NCBI GenBank assembly: GCA_047618565.1
Contig: JBLHKW010000001.1
Coordinates: forward strand, 99,019-163,018
Length of the DNA stretch: 64,000 nucleotides
From: Planctomycetota bacterium
Lineage (GTDB): Bacteria; Planctomycetota; UBA1135; GCA-002686595
Reading direction: 5' to 3'
Numbering within the stretch: the stretch's first letter is position 1; each line of letters begins with the position of its first letter. This document shows, one piece after another, positions 33,301-42,773 of this stretch. The notes under the pieces are model-generated. The model did no database searches and was not told where the DNA came from. It worked only from the letters and a program-made list of their open reading frames with translations. A program made the position numbers and the translations under genes.

Positions 33301-36288
33301 CACGAACTTGGGATGCTGCTACGGGTGCTGATCGAAGACGGCGGAGCGCCCGAGCGCTCGGAGCTCGAGCGCTTCGCCGGTCACGCCCGCCGGGCCGACG
33401 CGCGTGGGGTGGCCTATGCCGGCATGGTCATGCTCGACGACTCGATCGATCTGGCGTGGTCGAGCGCGATCGCATCGCGCTCCGGGCTCGCGGGAATGCT
33501 CGAAGCGATCCCGATGTTGCTCAGCTGGCATGATGTGCGGGACTTCCAGGGGCGCGTGCGTCCACTCATGTTCGCGCTGCCGCCGCACCTGATGGGGGAT
33601 GGCCAGGGCGCGGCGGCCGGCTCGGGTGTCGAGGTCTCGGTCTTCGAGCCTCCGCCGCCGAGCGCACGGCGCGAGGACTTCGAGCAGGCTACGCCCACCC
33701 GCACGACGTGGGCGGGGGACTTCACCCTGGACTTGCCCGGCGTGCGGGATCTGCCGAGGTTCGGACTGACGTTCCGCGGCCTGATCCACGTTCCGCAAAC
33801 GGGGCAGTACACCTTCGAGACCGTCTCGGACGATGGCTCGCGGCTCTACGTGGATGGACGTTGCGTGGTCGATAACGATGGCGACCATTCCCTGGGGGCA
33901 GTGGCCGGGCAGGTGAAGCTGACCGAAGGGCCGCACACGATCCTGGTCACCTTCTTCGAGAGTGGAGGCGACGAGGGGCTGGCCGTGTTCTGGGACGGTC
34001 CAGGTTTCGAGCGGCAACCGATCCCGGCCAGCGTGCTGAGCTCGGGCGGCGAGAGTGCGTTGCGCGCAGCCGCCGTGCGCGCCGTGGCGGCTCTCCCGGG
34101 GAATGTGGCCGGCAAGCTCGCCGATGCCGCCCGACTCGTAGGGGATGCCCTGTTGCTCGAGTCTGTCGTGGACCTGGTGCGCACGCTACCGGAGGCCGAG
34201 CGCACGCCGTCCAGTGTGCGCCCGCTGCTCGACAACCTGACCGCGTACCTGTCCGGGCTCGGTGTCGAGTCGCGCACGATGCCCGATGTGCTGGCGGCCC
34301 TGGATCTGGCGCGCGGGCTTGCGCGCTCCCTGCCCGAAGAGGAGGCGCGGCCTGCGCTGGCTGCCCTTGAGGGTCTCGGCGGCACGGTCGTGCTGTTGCG
34401 CACCCTGCCGCACCAGATGCTCTACGACCTGAGCGAGTTCTGGGTCGAGGCGGGCAGTACGGTCTCGATCGTCTTCCAGAACAACGACGTGATGCCCCAC
34501 AACCTTGTCGTGACCATGCCGGGCACGATGGAGGAGGTCGGGCGTGCGGCGGAGCTGCTGCCGACTGGCGCGGGCTCGCAGTCCGCCAGCTTCATCCCGG
34601 ATAGCGAGTCCGTCCTGTGGCACACGCGTCTCGTCTATCCGGGCGAATCGCAGCGCCTGACCTTCACCGCCCCGAGTGTGCCGGGCGACCATCCTTACGT
34701 CTGCACTTACCCCGGGCACTGGCGCGTGATGAATGGCGTGATGCACGTGGTGAAGGACTTCGATGGGGAGACGCGCTTGACCCGTCGCGAGGGCGAGGGC
34801 GCTCCAGCCCCGGCGCGTACCTTCGTGCGCGACTGGGCTCTGGCGGACCTGGAGCGGCACTTCCAGGCGAACTGGCGCGACCTGTGCTCCCTGGAGAACG
34901 GTCAGACGCTCTTCACCGAAGCGGGCTGCATCAAGTGCCATTCGAGTGCTGGAGAGACCCTGATCGGGGGCCCTGACCTGGCCGGCATCGGCGAGAAGTA
35001 CCGCGGCAGCGAGCTGCTCCGGCACGTGCTGGAGCCCTCACTGGAGGTACTCGAGGACTACCTGTTCACGTCCTTCGAACTCCAGAGTGGCGCCACGGTG
35101 ACGGGCCGCATCATGGATGAGGATGAGGAGTCTCTGCACATCGTGGAGCGCCTGCTGCAGCCGGAGGAAGTGACCCGCGTGCGCAAGGTCGACATCTCCG
35201 ACCGCTGGGCATCCAACCTGTCGCCGATGCCGAGCGGTCTGCTGGTGACCCTCGACGAATCGGAAATCGTCGACCTCATCGGCTACGTCCAGGAGGTGGC
35301 TTCCGCGCAGGCACCCGTCGTCGCGCCGGTGCACGAGGTCCCGGACGAGAACTGGCTCGTGTACGAGGGCGGCGATGGCCCCGGGGCGGGCAAGCACATC
35401 GTTCTGCTGGCGGGTGACGAGGAGTACCGTTCCGAGGAGGCCATGCCCATGCTCGCGCGCATCCTGGCCGAGCACCATGGATTCCGCTGCACGGTGCTCT
35501 TCTCCACCGATCCGCTGACCGGTGAGATCGACCCCGAGGAACAGACACATATTCCGGGGATGCACCTGCTCGATGATGCGGACATGGTCATCTGCTTCCT
35601 GCGTTTTCGCGAGCTCCCGGATGCGGACATGGCTCACTTCGTGCAGTACGTCGAGTCCGGCAAGCCGATCTTCGGGGTGCGCACCGCGACACATGCCTTC
35701 GCCTACGGGCGAGATCCGGCGAGTCCTTACCTGCATTACCGCTACAACGCGAGCGACTGGCCCGGTGGGTTCGGGCAGCAGATCCTGGGCGATACATGGA
35801 TCGCACACCACGGCAAGCACGGGTCGGAGAGCACCCGCGGGGTCATCGAGCCGGGGAATGAGGAGCACCCCATCTTGCGCGGTGTCGACGATGTCTGGGG
35901 GCCGACGGATGTGTACGCTGTTCGCAACCTCGGGCCCGACGCGACGGTGCTCTTGCGCGGGCAGGTGCTCGCCGGAATGCAGCCCGAGAGTCAGGCCCTC
36001 GACGGGCCAAAGAATGCCCCGATGATGCCGATCGTCTGGGCACGCGAGCTCGGGCGTGACGCCGGCGCACCGCAGCGCGTCATCTGCTCCACGATCGGAG
36101 CCTCGGTCGACCTCGAGAGTGAAGACCTGCGCCGGGTATTCGTGAATGCCTGCTACTGGGGCATGGGCCTGGAAGACCGCATCCCGCCCGCGAGCAAGGT
36201 GGACATCGTCGGTGACTACGAGCCGACGCCGTTCGGGTTCGGGAAATACGTGCGCGGTCTACATCCAGCGGATTACGCGCTCGAATAG
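30316..36288 (+). CDS. 1990-aa secreted multidomain protein: SGNH/GDSL hydrolase + PVC-type membrane-bound dehydrogenase propeller + HEAT repeats + PA14 + cupredoxin + cytochrome c (CxxCH) + ThuA-like domain
   Basis: Approximate nt positions:
- GDSL block, ~30433-31086: GNVICLLGNALAE..GFGGD.
- Dehydrogenase block, ~31460-32490: NPVQMAWDVRGRLWVAVWPTYPHW..DGDGRAD.
- PA14, ~33757-34030: GQYTFETVSDDGSRLYVDG.
- Cupredoxin, ~34390-34755: HPYVCTYPGHWRVMNG.
- CIKCH, 34927-34941.
- ThuA-like, ~35388-36285: GKHIVLLAGDEEYRSEE. Confidence 0.9.
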   Translation: MLAAFRATLLIFLAPLLVSGVGPSATPAASAGQAPLDPGKGNVICLLGNALAERMQHDGWLETRIQQRFPERELRVRNLGFGGDAIDVHQRTMNFGKFTADGMEMNLANERFVPWDRYLAHCGADVVLAFFGYNESFAGESGLAAFRASLKEFIGHVRGETYAGHAPELVLLGSIPHEGPRGRGLPQGLQRNGRIQLYNRAMAEVAAEAGVRYIDLYAPMLAAYGVAEGPLTINGAHLNEEGNRYLARAIDAALFGASSQTSVGQPARDGLRVAIQEKNLLWFERYRATDGYNVYGGRSRKVYASDGDGGVFSNWAVLQREMDHLDVLVGNRDQAIWQLARGGRPVLDDSNAPPLIEVATNARGDEDGGMHRFLEAQSSRALVTAAPGMRVDVFADEQQFPELANPVQMAWDVRGRLWVAVWPTYPHWVPGEPRNDKLLILEDEDGDGRADTCKTFAGDLHNPTGFEFWNGGVLLAAAPDLLFLEDTDGDDRVDRRERLLHGLSSADTHHSANSFVLGPDGALYFQEGTFHQSQVESIYGPVRNRDGCVWRFHPRSWRVERYIPYGFANPHGHVFDRWGQDFMTDGTGNVNYYALPFSGALPEPLKHRGYFPFFQQRSRPSAGTEILSSGHFPEENQQSYLIANVIGFQGIFQYRITDDGAGFGAVELEPIVQSEERNFRPADIEVGPDGALYFLDWHNPLIGHLQHHLRDPSRDGSHGRVYRVTCAGRDLLTPPAIAGEPIESLLELLRSPEDRVRYRARIELSGRDTDEVLTRAREWVATLDSEDPELEHHLLEALWLYQQHDRMDRPLLERLLRATDARARAAATRVVRNGRHHLPDGLALLAPRAVDEHARVRLEAVVAASFFESAQAAEVALSALSLETDNFLDYALGETIRALEPHWRGALRAGESLSADNPAGVEYLLERVDDEELLMLPRMAPVHWAILTRHGIEPDLRRDAAGALAHETNTSRGSVVLEALARVDRDGGTHAGHVTHELGMLLRVLIEDGGAPERSELERFAGHARRADARGVAYAGMVMLDDSIDLAWSSAIASRSGLAGMLEAIPMLLSWHDVRDFQGRVRPLMFALPPHLMGDGQGAAAGSGVEVSVFEPPPPSARREDFEQATPTRTTWAGDFTLDLPGVRDLPRFGLTFRGLIHVPQTGQYTFETVSDDGSRLYVDGRCVVDNDGDHSLGAVAGQVKLTEGPHTILVTFFESGGDEGLAVFWDGPGFERQPIPASVLSSGGESALRAAAVRAVAALPGNVAGKLADAARLVGDALLLESVVDLVRTLPEAERTPSSVRPLLDNLTAYLSGLGVESRTMPDVLAALDLARGLARSLPEEEARPALAALEGLGGTVVLLRTLPHQMLYDLSEFWVEAGSTVSIVFQNNDVMPHNLVVTMPGTMEEVGRAAELLPTGAGSQSASFIPDSESVLWHTRLVYPGESQRLTFTAPSVPGDHPYVCTYPGHWRVMNGVMHVVKDFDGETRLTRREGEGAPAPARTFVRDWALADLERHFQANWRDLCSLENGQTLFTEAGCIKCHSSAGETLIGGPDLAGIGEKYRGSELLRHVLEPSLEVLEDYLFTSFELQSGATVTGRIMDEDEESLHIVERLLQPEEVTRVRKVDISDRWASNLSPMPSGLLVTLDESEIVDLIGYVQEVASAQAPVVAPVHEVPDENWLVYEGGDGPGAGKHIVLLAGDEEYRSEEAMPMLARILAEHHGFRCTVLFSTDPLTGEIDPEEQTHIPGMHLLDDADMVICFLRFRELPDADMAHFVQYVESGKPIFGVRTATHAFAYGRDPASPYLHYRYNASDWPGGFGQQILGDTWIAHHGKHGSESTRGVIEPGNEEHPILRGVDDVWGPTDVYAVRNLGPDATVLLRGQVLAGMQPESQALDGPKNAPMMPIVWARELGRDAGAPQRVICSTIGASVDLESEDLRRVFVNACYWGMGLEDRIPPASKVDIVGDYEPTPFGFGKYVRGLHPADYALE

Positions 36289-36347
36289 TCGCAGGAGTTT
36301 CCAGGCGGGCCGTTGCTCGGGACGGCCGGGTGCGTGCTACTGCGACT
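36287..36347. terminator. Hairpin spanning both stop codons of convergent genes (possible bidirectional terminator)
   Basis: AGTCGCAG (36287-36294) pairs with CTGCGACT (36340-36347). There is an inner GGCCGT/ACGGCC stem and no T-run. Confidence 0.3.
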
Positions 36348-37785
36348 CGATCGGCCAGAACTCGACGCGCGCTTCGAGGGCGCGCTCGAGTGCCTCACTG
36401 ATGCCCCGCGAGGGCTCCGGAAATGGGCGGTCCAGCACCGGCCGCAGGCCGAAACCGTGGGCCTCGATGCCCTCGTCGGCCCAGGCCGCGACGTCCTGGT
36501 CCTTGATCCGCAGGTTCGTGCGACCGGCCTCGTCGCTGTAAATGCCATTCACGTGGTCCGTCGATGGATCCCTGGGATCCGCAGCCCACAGGACGACGGA
36601 ACGCACTCCCCAGCGGTGGGAACAGAGATAGGCGTGCCGCACGTCACCAGTGATGACGGTATCCAAGGGCTCGATCAGGGCGCGCGTTTTGTCGCGCCAG
36701 GCTGCGAGCGGATCGGTACGGCTGACGTAGCTCTGAGTTCCCAGGAGCAACGCGATCTGGGCCGCCAGTATCACGGCGCCGATGGACGCGGCGCGTGCCG
36801 AACGCGCAGCCTCCATCAGATCGACGAGTCCGATCAGGAGCACCGGAAGGAGCCAGTGGTAAGAGGCGTCCCAGGTGAGCGTGCTTCCGCAGAGCAGAAA
36901 GGCGACGGGCCCCACGCACCAGATTGCGAGCCAGCTCGGCCGTCGATGTTCGGCGGGATCGCGCCGGGGCCAGCAGAGACTCGCCAGGCCAACGAGACCG
37001 AAGCCAATGCCCGGGATGAGGCCCGCGAGCCGCAACCAGGTGTTGCCGTCCAAGGTCCAGAGGATCGATGACGGGTCGAGGTCGGTCGGCAGGGGCACCG
37101 GATCCCAGCCCGCGATGCGCGTCCCGACCACGACCGCAAACACTCCGATGCCGGCCAGGATGCCGACCCCGTTGGCCTTGCGCCCCGCGACGCCCGAGCG
37201 TCGTGGCGGGCGACACCCGATGACGACCGCCGGCCAGAGCAGCAGGGTCGAGAACTGAGTGCCGACCAGCAGACCCCAGAGCCATAGACTGCGCCAGGGC
37301 CCGCGCTCCGGCGCTTCTCGTAGCGCGTGGATCAGCATCAGCAGGAGCAAGAGGCTGATGGATACCATGCCCGGCGTGGTTCCAGCGGTCCAGGCCGTCG
37401 GCGAGAGCAGCACGATCGCGGTCGCGAGCAGACCCGTGCTGAAGCGACAGCCCAGTCGGCGCGCGAGTCCGAGAGCCACGGGCACGCAGGCCCCGTAGGC
37501 CAGGGCTGCGATGCCGAAGCGTACCTGTTCTCCGAGCATTCCCAGGCGCCCGCCGGCCATCCCACCCAGTCGGTGCCAGATCGCCCAGAGCGGACTGTGC
37601 CCGAACCGCCCGACGAAGGCCTCGCCGATCAATCGCTCCTGTGGCGCTGCGCTGGCGATGAAGAAAAGGCCGGCGCCGAGCAGCCAGCCGATCAGACGTC
37701 GTCGGTCCAGGCCCACCGCTGGCCGGGCATTGGACGGGTGTGCGTTGGCGGGGGCGGGGCGAGTCACGGCGGATTCTCGAGTCAT
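36337..37785 (-). CDS. Polytopic membrane protein with C-terminal soluble domain (possibly GT-C/ArnT-like glycosyltransferase; unverified)
   Basis: About 10 hydrophobic helices are followed by ~130 soluble residues. The start is ATG 37785 (or GTG 37797). The family call is a weak guess. Confidence 0.65.
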   Translation of the reverse strand: MTRESAVTRPAPANAHPSNARPAVGLDRRRLIGWLLGAGLFFIASAAPQERLIGEAFVGRFGHSPLWAIWHRLGGMAGGRLGMLGEQVRFGIAALAYGACVPVALGLARRLGCRFSTGLLATAIVLLSPTAWTAGTTPGMVSISLLLLLMLIHALREAPERGPWRSLWLWGLLVGTQFSTLLLWPAVVIGCRPPRRSGVAGRKANGVGILAGIGVFAVVVGTRIAGWDPVPLPTDLDPSSILWTLDGNTWLRLAGLIPGIGFGLVGLASLCWPRRDPAEHRRPSWLAIWCVGPVAFLLCGSTLTWDASYHWLLPVLLIGLVDLMEAARSARAASIGAVILAAQIALLLGTQSYVSRTDPLAAWRDKTRALIEPLDTVITGDVRHAYLCSHRWGVRSVVLWAADPRDPSTDHVNGIYSDEAGRTNLRIKDQDVAAWADEGIEAHGFGLRPVLDRPFPEPSRGISEALERALEARVEFWPIESQ

Positions 37786-38048
37786 CGAGGGTAGCACGCG
37801 CGCGGTAGGCTACGGGTGCGATCCTCGGTGAGCCGCAGGGACTCCGCGGATGCGCAAGCCCCGTGGGGATCCGGGTCACGTCGCGTTCGCTCTGGAGCTG
37901 GTCACGCTCAATTTCCTGGGCCAGGCGCGGACTCCTGATGTAGGCTAGTCGTAGCGCAGCATCGCAGGTTCACGCGGCTCCAGGCGCGATACCGCGGCTG
38001 CGCTGTGGGGATGCGGCCGCGGGACATGTGCCACCCGGAGAGATGACC

Positions 38049-39221
38049 ATGCCGAGCGAACTGCCCACGATTCTGGATATCCTGCGGGTCGCCGTGCTGA
38101 TGGACGCAGACGGGCGACCGCTCGCGGAGCATCAAGCGTCTCCGGTGGCGCAGAGTGGCGTCGATGCGGGCCTGGAGACCTGCGAGTACGAGACGAGCCC
38201 GAGCCGGTATCAGCACGCGAAGCCCATGCGCAAGGCGGGCTACGAACAGGTCAAGGACCACTTCGATGAGTTCCTCTGGCTGGTGGATGGGCTGCGCAAT
38301 CTGCAGTTGAGAGCGGTCGGGCGCTCCATACCGTTGATGGACGATCTCCGGCGCATCTGTTTTCTCGGGGAGGACCTGCCCCGTTACCTGAGGCTGGACG
38401 CCTACCTGTCGCAGGGTGCCGAGGCGAAACTGGCGCAGTTCAACGACTACCGTGTGGTGGCACCGGCATCGGTGGCCTTCAAGTCGATGCGCGGGATCCT
38501 CAAGCTCTTCGACCACATGCAGGCCCATCCGGGCAAGGTGCTGGCATCGCTGCCCGAGGAGCGGCGCGAGCGCCTCGGGGTTCCCGCGGGCGAGCCGAGG
38601 GCCGATGCGACTCTCGATCTGCCGTGGACCGGTGATGACCTGCTCCTCGTCGCGGAGAACACCGGTGTTCTGATTGGCGAACGCGAGGTCTGCGCCGGGA
38701 CGCCGAGCATGCTCCGACGCACGCTCGACACGCAGCTGGCCGGCCGCGAGGGGGATGGGGACAACGGCTGGATCGAAGCCCTCATCGGTAACTCCGAACG
38801 CTTCATGGCATTCTCGCAGCTGCTCTACGATACGTCGCCGCGGATGCGGGCTTACATGGTCAAGTCCAGTGAGCGCCTGCAGCTGATCCAGGGCAAGACT
38901 CACGCTCTGGGCACTCAGGTCAAGCGCAGTCGCATCTACAAGAGTCACTCGGAGGGTCTCGAGCGCTTCCTGATCTTCGAACGCCGGGTGCTGGACTTCC
39001 TCTACGAGCAACAGGGCAAGTTGATCGGTCTGTTTGGCGCCGAGGGGGCGGGACCGCGTCTGGCGCCACAGGGGATGAACGAGCTGGCCCGGAAGAACCC
39101 GCGCGACCTCATCGAGATCACCTACGGTGCGCACACCACCTACGAGCCCGGTGCCATCCGCGTGGAGTTTCAACGCGACTTCAAGCACCGGGACCTGGTC
39201 ATCCCGTTCTCGCCCGCCTGA
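38049..39221 (+). CDS. Hypothetical cytoplasmic protein, no recognisable family
   Basis: GGAGAG lies 6 nt before ATG 38049. Composition is balanced (K/Y/F/D/E) and GC3 bias is strong. The 426-aa ORF on the opposite strand is Arg/His/Val-rich shadow. Confidence 0.7.
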   Translation: MPSELPTILDILRVAVLMDADGRPLAEHQASPVAQSGVDAGLETCEYETSPSRYQHAKPMRKAGYEQVKDHFDEFLWLVDGLRNLQLRAVGRSIPLMDDLRRICFLGEDLPRYLRLDAYLSQGAEAKLAQFNDYRVVAPASVAFKSMRGILKLFDHMQAHPGKVLASLPEERRERLGVPAGEPRADATLDLPWTGDDLLLVAENTGVLIGEREVCAGTPSMLRRTLDTQLAGREGDGDNGWIEALIGNSERFMAFSQLLYDTSPRMRAYMVKSSERLQLIQGKTHALGTQVKRSRIYKSHSEGLERFLIFERRVLDFLYEQQGKLIGLFGAEGAGPRLAPQGMNELARKNPRDLIEITYGAHTTYEPGAIRVEFQRDFKHRDLVIPFSPA

Positions 39222-39251
39222 TTCTCCAGATCCGGTGCGGGCCGCGCGCGT

Positions 39252-40871
39252 CTACTGCGGGTGCTGCAGGTGGTAATCGGTCGTGGCCTGCCACGCGCGT
39301 GCCACGCTCATCAGCTCACTCTCCTCGAAGAGCTTGGCCGTGAACGAGATGCTGTAGGGCGTGCCATCCGGCGCGAATCCTGACGGCGCCACGAAGGTCG
39401 GATGGCCGGTGAGATTGGTTGCCGTGAGCAGGTTGCGGGCAAAGCTGGGGTGCACCAGGACGTCCACGCCCCGGAGCGCCTCCTGCATGTCGCGAATCAG
39501 GAGTGTTCGCAGGCGTGAAGCGCGCAGGTAGTCGACCGCGGGGATCAGTCGCGCCAACCTGAAGACGTTGGGCCAGGCGTCCCTGCTCTGCCGCACGAGC
39601 TGGTCGTCCATGTCGCCGGCCGAGAACTCGTCGAAGGCGCTGGCGGCCTCGGCCGAGAGCACGAAGGACATGTCCCCGATCGGGTAGTCGGGCAGCTCGA
39701 CAGGTACGAGTTCGGCCTCGAGCCTGCGCAGCTCCTCGAGCACGCGCGCATATCGCTCGTCGTCCTCGAGCTCCTTGAGGTATCCGATGCGCTGCGTGGA
39801 CGGGTCGAATGCGCGCAGCGCGTCGAAGGGCGCGGATGCGGTCGTGGGATCGCGCTCGTCGCGACCGTGGATGGCGTCGAACACGAGGCCGGCATCCGCG
39901 GCGGAACGGCAGACCGGTCCTAGCTTGTCCATGGACCACGACAGGGTCATGGCGCCATGGCGGCTGACCCTGCCGAAGGTCGGCCGCAGCGAGGAATTAC
40001 CACAGCGCGTAGACGGTGACACGATCGATCCGAGTGTCTCCGAGCCGATCCCGAACGGAGCGCAGCCCGCCGCCACGGCCGAGGCCGGGCCGGCGGAGGA
40101 ACCGCTCGAGCCCTGTTTCAGGTCCCACGGATTCTTCGTCTGTCCACCGAACCAGACGTCCCCCCATGCCAGGGCGCCCAACGACACCTTGGCGATGAGT
40201 ACAGCACCCGCCTCGTCGAGGGCCTCGACCACCGCAGCATCGAGGTCGAGCGTCTGATCCTCGAAGGGGCTCGCCCCCCACGTGGTCGGCGTTCCACGTA
40301 CCGCGAGCAGGTCCTTCGCCACCCACGGGATTCCGTGCAACAGGCCGCGCGACTGTCCGGCGCTGAGTTCGGCGTCGAGCCGCCGCGCCTGGGCCAGCGC
40401 TCGCTCTTCGGTCATCGAGATGACGCAAGCCAGTTCAGCGTCCCGCCGCTCGAGACGCCCGATGAACATCTCGGCCAGTTCGACACAGGTGAGCGTTCCA
40501 CCGTGCAGGGCGTGGTGGAGCGTCATGATGTCCTCGTACGCGAGATCCTCCAGGTCGGCCGGGCGCGCGATGGGAGTCGCGCCTGCGGGCGCAGGCTGGC
40601 GGGTCAGGCGATCGACCTCGCCGCCGACGTGCTGCGCTCGACGCGGCAGGAAATACAGTGCAGGTTCGATTGCATTGTCGAGCGGGATGGCGCGCAAGGC
40701 CTCGAAGCTCGCGAGGTTCTCCCGCAGGTCATCGAGCATGAGCTCGATCTCCTCCGCGCTGAAGGACGCACCGATGAGGGTTGACGCGGCAGCGACATTC
40801 GCCGGCGAGACCGGCTGATCGAGAGCTGATTCCTGGACCGCGAGCGCGACGATTATGGCTAGGGCTAGCAT
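39252..40871 (-). CDS. Amidase-signature family amidase, secreted
   Basis: The start is ATG 40871 with signal MLALAIIVALAVQ. The AS motif is GSSGSSAGPASAVAAGCAPFGIGSETLGSIVSPS. Confidence 0.9.
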   Translation of the reverse strand: MLALAIIVALAVQESALDQPVSPANVAAASTLIGASFSAEEIELMLDDLRENLASFEALRAIPLDNAIEPALYFLPRRAQHVGGEVDRLTRQPAPAGATPIARPADLEDLAYEDIMTLHHALHGGTLTCVELAEMFIGRLERRDAELACVISMTEERALAQARRLDAELSAGQSRGLLHGIPWVAKDLLAVRGTPTTWGASPFEDQTLDLDAAVVEALDEAGAVLIAKVSLGALAWGDVWFGGQTKNPWDLKQGSSGSSAGPASAVAAGCAPFGIGSETLGSIVSPSTRCGNSSLRPTFGRVSRHGAMTLSWSMDKLGPVCRSAADAGLVFDAIHGRDERDPTTASAPFDALRAFDPSTQRIGYLKELEDDERYARVLEELRRLEAELVPVELPDYPIGDMSFVLSAEAASAFDEFSAGDMDDQLVRQSRDAWPNVFRLARLIPAVDYLRASRLRTLLIRDMQEALRGVDVLVHPSFARNLLTATNLTGHPTFVAPSGFAPDGTPYSISFTAKLFEESELMSVARAWQATTDYHLQHPQ

Positions 40872-41081
40872 GCCTGGACGATACGGGGTTGGGAGCGGTC
40901 GAGTCAGGCCAAAATCGCTGTGTGCGCGATGCGCCGCTCCGGGGCGCTCTCCGGGGGGGGGCGAATTCGCGACGGATGTTACGGTCGCGCACATCGGGGG
41001 CTATTGTCTGGTGTCCGCCAGTCCCTGTTTCCTGCCAGCGGCCTCGCCGCCGGGCACATTTCAGTCCGTACACGAACCACC

Positions 41082-42773
41082 ATGAGCTCTCGACAGTTCC
41101 CGAGTCTGATCATCCTTCCTGTTCTCGCGGGCATCGCGGCGTGCGCCGGGGCGCCCGACGCTTTCGTTGCCGGTGGCGATGCGTTCGATGGAGGCGCGTC
41201 GAGTGTCGGCAGGCAAGGCATGGTCTCGAGTGCGCATCCCCTCGCCACAGAGGCGGGCCTGTCGATTCTGAGGCGTGGTGGGAACGCCTTCGATGCGGCG
41301 GTCGCCATCGCTTCGACCCTGAATGTGGTCGAGCCGATGATGTCCGGGATGGGCGGCTACGGGACGATCCTCGCCTTTGATGCCGAAGCGGGTGAAGCGC
41401 ATTACCTCGATGCGAGCGGCAAGATTCCCCGGGCCGTGGACGCGGATCTCTACCGCGCGCCGACCCCCGGCTACATGGAGAACCGACGCAATGCCAAGGC
41501 CATCTCGACCCCCGGTGCCGCCAACGCATGGGAGGCGATGTCGGAACGCTTCGGCGTGTTGCCATGGGAGAGCCTGTTTGAGCCTGCCATCGACGCGGCA
41601 CAGGGCGGTTTCGTGCTCGACGAGCGCGCCGCGGGCTGGATTGCCCTCGCCTATCCCGAGTTCCCCGCCCACGCACGTGAGTTCTACGGCAAGGATGGAG
41701 TTCCGCTGGCCGCCGGCGACCGACTGATTCAGGTGGACCTCGCCGGTTCACTCAGGGCTGTCGCCGAGCAGGGTGCCGCGGCGGTCTACAGTGGTGCGAT
41801 CTCCAGGGCGATCGATCGGGCCATGCAGGAGTCCGGTGGATTCCTCTCCGCGCATGACCTGGCGGCTGACCGGGCAGAGTGGTGGCGCCCGATCTCGATC
41901 GACTATCGCGGGTACGAGGTGATCACACCGTCTGCTCCGGCCGGCGCGTTCCCGATGCTCGTGCGCCTCGGGATGATGGAGCTCGAGGACAACCAGGCTC
42001 TCGGGCACAACTCGGTTGCTTACCTGCATCGCTTCGCAGAGGTCACCAAGCACGCGTACTGGACAAGGCTGGCCTATTCCGGGGACCCCGACGTGAAGCC
42101 GCCGCCCTACGAGCGACTGTTCTCGGCCCGCTATCTAGCGGAGCAAGAGGCCAAGCTGAACCTGGAAAAGGCCTCCGAGTTCGACACCAGCGGGATCGTG
42201 TCGGCGAACCAGAACAAGAACACCACGCACTTCGTGGTGGCCGATGAACACGGCAACGTCGTCTCCGCCACCGTCACGTTGGGCAATCTCTTCGGCAGTC
42301 GGGTCATGCCCGCGGGGACGGGGATCTGGCTGAACAACTCGCTCGCTTACTGCACCTTTGAGCCCGCCGGAAACCCGATGGACGCGCATCCCGGTCGGCG
42401 CAAGCTGTCCAGCGACTCGCCGACCTTCGTGATGCGCGATGGCCGACCCTGGGTGGCATTGGGCACACCTGGCGGGCACACCATCACCCAGACCTGCGCC
42501 CAGATGGTGATGAACGTGATCGACTTCGGCATGGACATCCAGGCTGCCATCGCTGCGCCCAGGATTGCCTTCAATGTGCCCGATCACCTGGACGTCGAGG
42601 AGGCGATTCCCGAGGCGACACGCACAACTCTCGAGGCGATGGGGCACCGTCTACGCCTGCGCACGCTCGGAAATGCCCACGGCCTCATGATCGAGTACGG
42701 CGAGGACGGAGTACCGCGCAGGTTCCTGGGTGGGACCGACCCCCGTGGCACGGGAACCGCAGTTGGGTACTAG
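41082..42773 (+). CDS. ggt: Gamma-glutamyltransferase lipoprotein
   Basis: The start is ATG 41082 with lipobox LAGIAAC. GGT blocks are GMVSSAHPLATEAGLSILRRGGNAFDAAVA and TTHFVVADEHGNVVSATVTLGNLFGS. The stop TAG lies inside the CTAG of the adjacent repeat. Confidence 0.9.
   Translation: MSSRQFPSLIILPVLAGIAACAGAPDAFVAGGDAFDGGASSVGRQGMVSSAHPLATEAGLSILRRGGNAFDAAVAIASTLNVVEPMMSGMGGYGTILAFDAEAGEAHYLDASGKIPRAVDADLYRAPTPGYMENRRNAKAISTPGAANAWEAMSERFGVLPWESLFEPAIDAAQGGFVLDERAAGWIALAYPEFPAHAREFYGKDGVPLAAGDRLIQVDLAGSLRAVAEQGAAAVYSGAISRAIDRAMQESGGFLSAHDLAADRAEWWRPISIDYRGYEVITPSAPAGAFPMLVRLGMMELEDNQALGHNSVAYLHRFAEVTKHAYWTRLAYSGDPDVKPPPYERLFSARYLAEQEAKLNLEKASEFDTSGIVSANQNKNTTHFVVADEHGNVVSATVTLGNLFGSRVMPAGTGIWLNNSLAYCTFEPAGNPMDAHPGRRKLSSDSPTFVMRDGRPWVALGTPGGHTITQTCAQMVMNVIDFGMDIQAAIAAPRIAFNVPDHLDVEEAIPEATRTTLEAMGHRLRLRTLGNAHGLMIEYGEDGVPRRFLGGTDPRGTGTAVGY

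Noticed and set aside
37908-39188. 426-aa minus-strand ORF opposite the hypothetical gene at 38049..39221.
   Set aside because: Its composition (R, H, Q, V, L rich, few K/Y/F) and poor codon bias are typical of a shadow ORF in GC-rich DNA. The plus-strand frame has an RBS and protein-like composition.
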